Assembly (NCBI GenBank): GCA_043814605.1
Contig: JBDRJV010000022.1
Coordinates: forward strand, 149,305-213,304
Direction of reading: 5' to 3'
Length of the DNA stretch: 64,000 bases
DNA from: Candidatus Omnitrophota bacterium
Lineage (GTDB): Bacteria; Omnitrophota; Gorgyraeia; B26-G9
Made by a program: the position numbers and the translations under genes. Below the pieces are notes generated by a model. It saw only the letters and a list, made by a program, of their open reading frames with translations. It was not told the origin of the DNA and did not search any database. Positions 63,101 through 64,000 of the stretch are shown in pieces. Position 1 is the stretch's first letter; each line of letters opens with the position of its first letter.

Positions 63101-64000
63101 GCTTACGGTAACTATATTCGGATACGAAACTCCTGAATCTGTTGAGTATAGAATTTGCACATTGGCAATAGTTCCGGTTGTATTCCAGGTAATATTACTC
63201 ACCTGGTTAATTGCCCATTTTTCTGCTCCGTTAGGAGAGGTTACGGCAATCGCACCTTTGATTTTAAAACTAGCATCCGATATATCATAAGCATCACTAT
63301 CTGTAGAACTCCTCACTCTGACTTTTACATTTGTTGAAATTGCATCTGGTATTGTTGGCCAAATATGCGTACCGTCATTCGCAGTGCTGCCAATAATTGC
63401 TGTAGAACTAGAAAAATCATTTATAGAATAATGTAAATCTACAATACTCACCGTACCTAACACACTCCAGGTTATTTCAAAAGAATCATTTACCGTGAGA
63501 ATTTCTCCGCCGTTAGGCGTCAAGAGAGTAAAATCAGCTCTGATCTTAGCATTAGCATTAGAAATATCATAAGCAGTTGAATCTCCTAAGTCGCTGACTT
63601 TAACTCTCAACTGCGGGGTAATATCATCCGGAATAAGCCAAGCATATGTTCCGGTATTATTGGTGGCAGTAATAATATTCGGATAACTTGCTCCGCCGTC
63701 TTTTGAATATTCGATTTTTACCTCAGAAACTGTTCCCTGCCAAGTCCAGGTAATGTTTTCCGTTGAATTTACATCCCACATTTCCCCGCCGTTAGGTGCG
63801 GTAACTGTAAAAGCTGCGGTAATTTTAAAACTGGCATTAGAATCATCATATGCTCCCGGATCATTAGTATCCGATATTCTAATTTTTACATTACTAGAAA
63901 TAGAGTCCGGAATAGTCCAAGCATAACTTCCGGTGTTCGCTCCATTATCAACAACTGTGTGGAAATCTGTGACAAAATTATCCAGTGAGTAAACAATCCT
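60101..64000 (-). CDS. Giant tail-anchored surface protein with many tandem Ig-like repeats of about 90 aa (SPNGGE.W-type); the 5' end lies beyond the window.
   Basis: The reading frame stays open from 63781 to the window edge. Hand translation of that stretch gives further repeats (...YAWTIPD...VKIRISDTNDPGAYDDSNASFKIT...TAPNGGEMW). At least 9 repeats carry the motifs ITW..GT...V.I.YS.D.G.SY.NI and YAW.VPD. These are followed by a coiled-coil region and a C-terminal transmembrane helix (IILTIILFIGLLAGVFFF) with a short basic tail. Confidence 0.8.
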   Translation of the reverse strand, partial: RIVYSLDNFVTDFHTVVDNGANTGSYAWTIPDSISSNVKIRISDTNDPGAYDDSNASFKITAAFTVTAPNGGEMWDVNSTENITWTWQGTVSEVKIEYSKDGGASYPNIITATNNTGTYAWLIPDDITPQLRVKVSDLGDSTAYDISNANAKIRADFTLLTPNGGEILTVNDSFEITWSVLGTVSIVDLHYSINDFSSSTAIIGSTANDGTHIWPTIPDAISTNVKVRVRSSTDSDAYDISDASFKIKGAIAVTSPNGAEKWAINQVSNITWNTTGTIANVQILYSTDSGVSYPNIVTVSTLNTNTYAWTVPDTATAKARVRVLDAADATVYDDSDADFRIQGFFTVNSPNGAEAWIVGSVHNISWTWGGTLPLAKISYSINSGVSFSNVITSSAPNGSGAGGTYSYTWTIPNNISLTARVKVEDPNDDTVYDISNSDFTIRGNLVITSPNGAERWITRESRNITWTTTGTIPDVQLQYSKDNFVSNVNVITLSLSNTNSYAWSVPDDRSTSVRVRIFDNRDISVYDDSDADFTIDYYSITWTIRDLLTNEDLGALAVDATSNLGDIWAAATMPNNPGADLGSPVTVELPYGFWTAVWSKVGYGDKQFSFECNTDKTLDTIFMETTVIHIWRAYAEFTYDSNNDQLKASSWLERDGFAVSGAESVEIKIYNDTGAQIKTLTSTSPNEEGFFNLVWNAPTGLEDGVVYTAVTIIINASGAQFRTPTSFSITESRQMRDTQDAVEEMRDSTLPTFQTLVANKIDTGLADQKELIETKMDEQITIIDTKTTQMQESVDQTLSSFEERSEEVIEQLQAGADQATQAGQELETIAKRQSGELIIPDSVLIGGTVEVRYRIASGLMPLMEVTTYDGTKVFNGVPLIESVITRGLYGYDIFVDGKQFMPGKAFSIVVTEHTTGNLQAGSVMVESTTLTSIEGLASSVPQVKSVVDDTLEMVEELRKTLAKGGDVGGALVSLQESIDDLPRVLRDEGPSGKLADSLNEMAERLTELAGDQGYDISSIVEEALGKSPTILELKKKSENIKTMVNFIQQLLQHKLGGMEDEPVVSTSLSTGSLIVNVIAANPSEVKPQTTQVKVYLPQEVTPKDVMDLGGLELEFDADKSIYYVYKQNIDLAPKEIRVFKVEIEDIWSIPQTALDVMKKRATKLVSIMEGTEQEKVATILAEKVYLTVDNILKNQNDISLSRAQHIGAYRVNIKTVESLKTELTDMEKLIIEKPDEIGALTRAMTWKIILTIILFIGLLAGVFFFTWHRKAKLGYDIAKAKQFSFPEEEQVKIKKEKKE

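Overview
This is an AT-rich bacterial chromosomal window with no rRNA, tRNA, CRISPR array or transposase visible. Nearly all plausible genes (about 58 CDS) lie on the minus strand. In window order, the contents are:

- A partial secreted protein and a second secreted hypothetical.
- An adenosine-kinase-like protein.
- A complete V/A-type ATPase operon in the Chlamydia/spirochaete-type order E, C-like, A, B, D, I, K.
- ymdB and rny, a 5-formyl-THF cyclo-ligase, and an alpha/beta hydrolase.
- rnhB, then the rpsP, lipoprotein, trmD, rplS cluster, in which rimM is absent.
- murA, prmC, prfA, rpmE, rho, coaE, glgA and polA.
- A type IV pilus block: pilQ, pilP-like, pilO-like and a pilM-pilN fusion.
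- The block pilC, pilB, pilT and a second pilB, which is contiguous with tpiA, a pilin and pgk.
- A T2SS-like pseudopilin block: gspM, L, K, J, I, G, then a secreted HExxH metallopeptidase-like gene, gspF, a PilZ protein and a GspE ATPase with a C-terminal PilZ domain.
- An F-type ATPase cluster (epsilon, c, b-delta, alpha, gamma, beta) with no a-subunit gene in the window.
- A giant repeat-rich surface protein (more than 1,290 aa) running off the 3' edge.

The intergenic regions carry a dispersed family of structured repeats, including a 47-bp unit in tandem, mostly in 5' leaders and operon-internal gaps. They also contain several palindromes and heptamer tandem repeats.

The more notable candidates are:
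- A secretion ATPase with a fused PilZ domain, next to a standalone PilZ protein that mimics the N-terminal domain of GspF.
- An F-type ATPase cluster with no a-subunit gene, sitting beside a giant tail-anchored protein.
- The structured leader repeat family.
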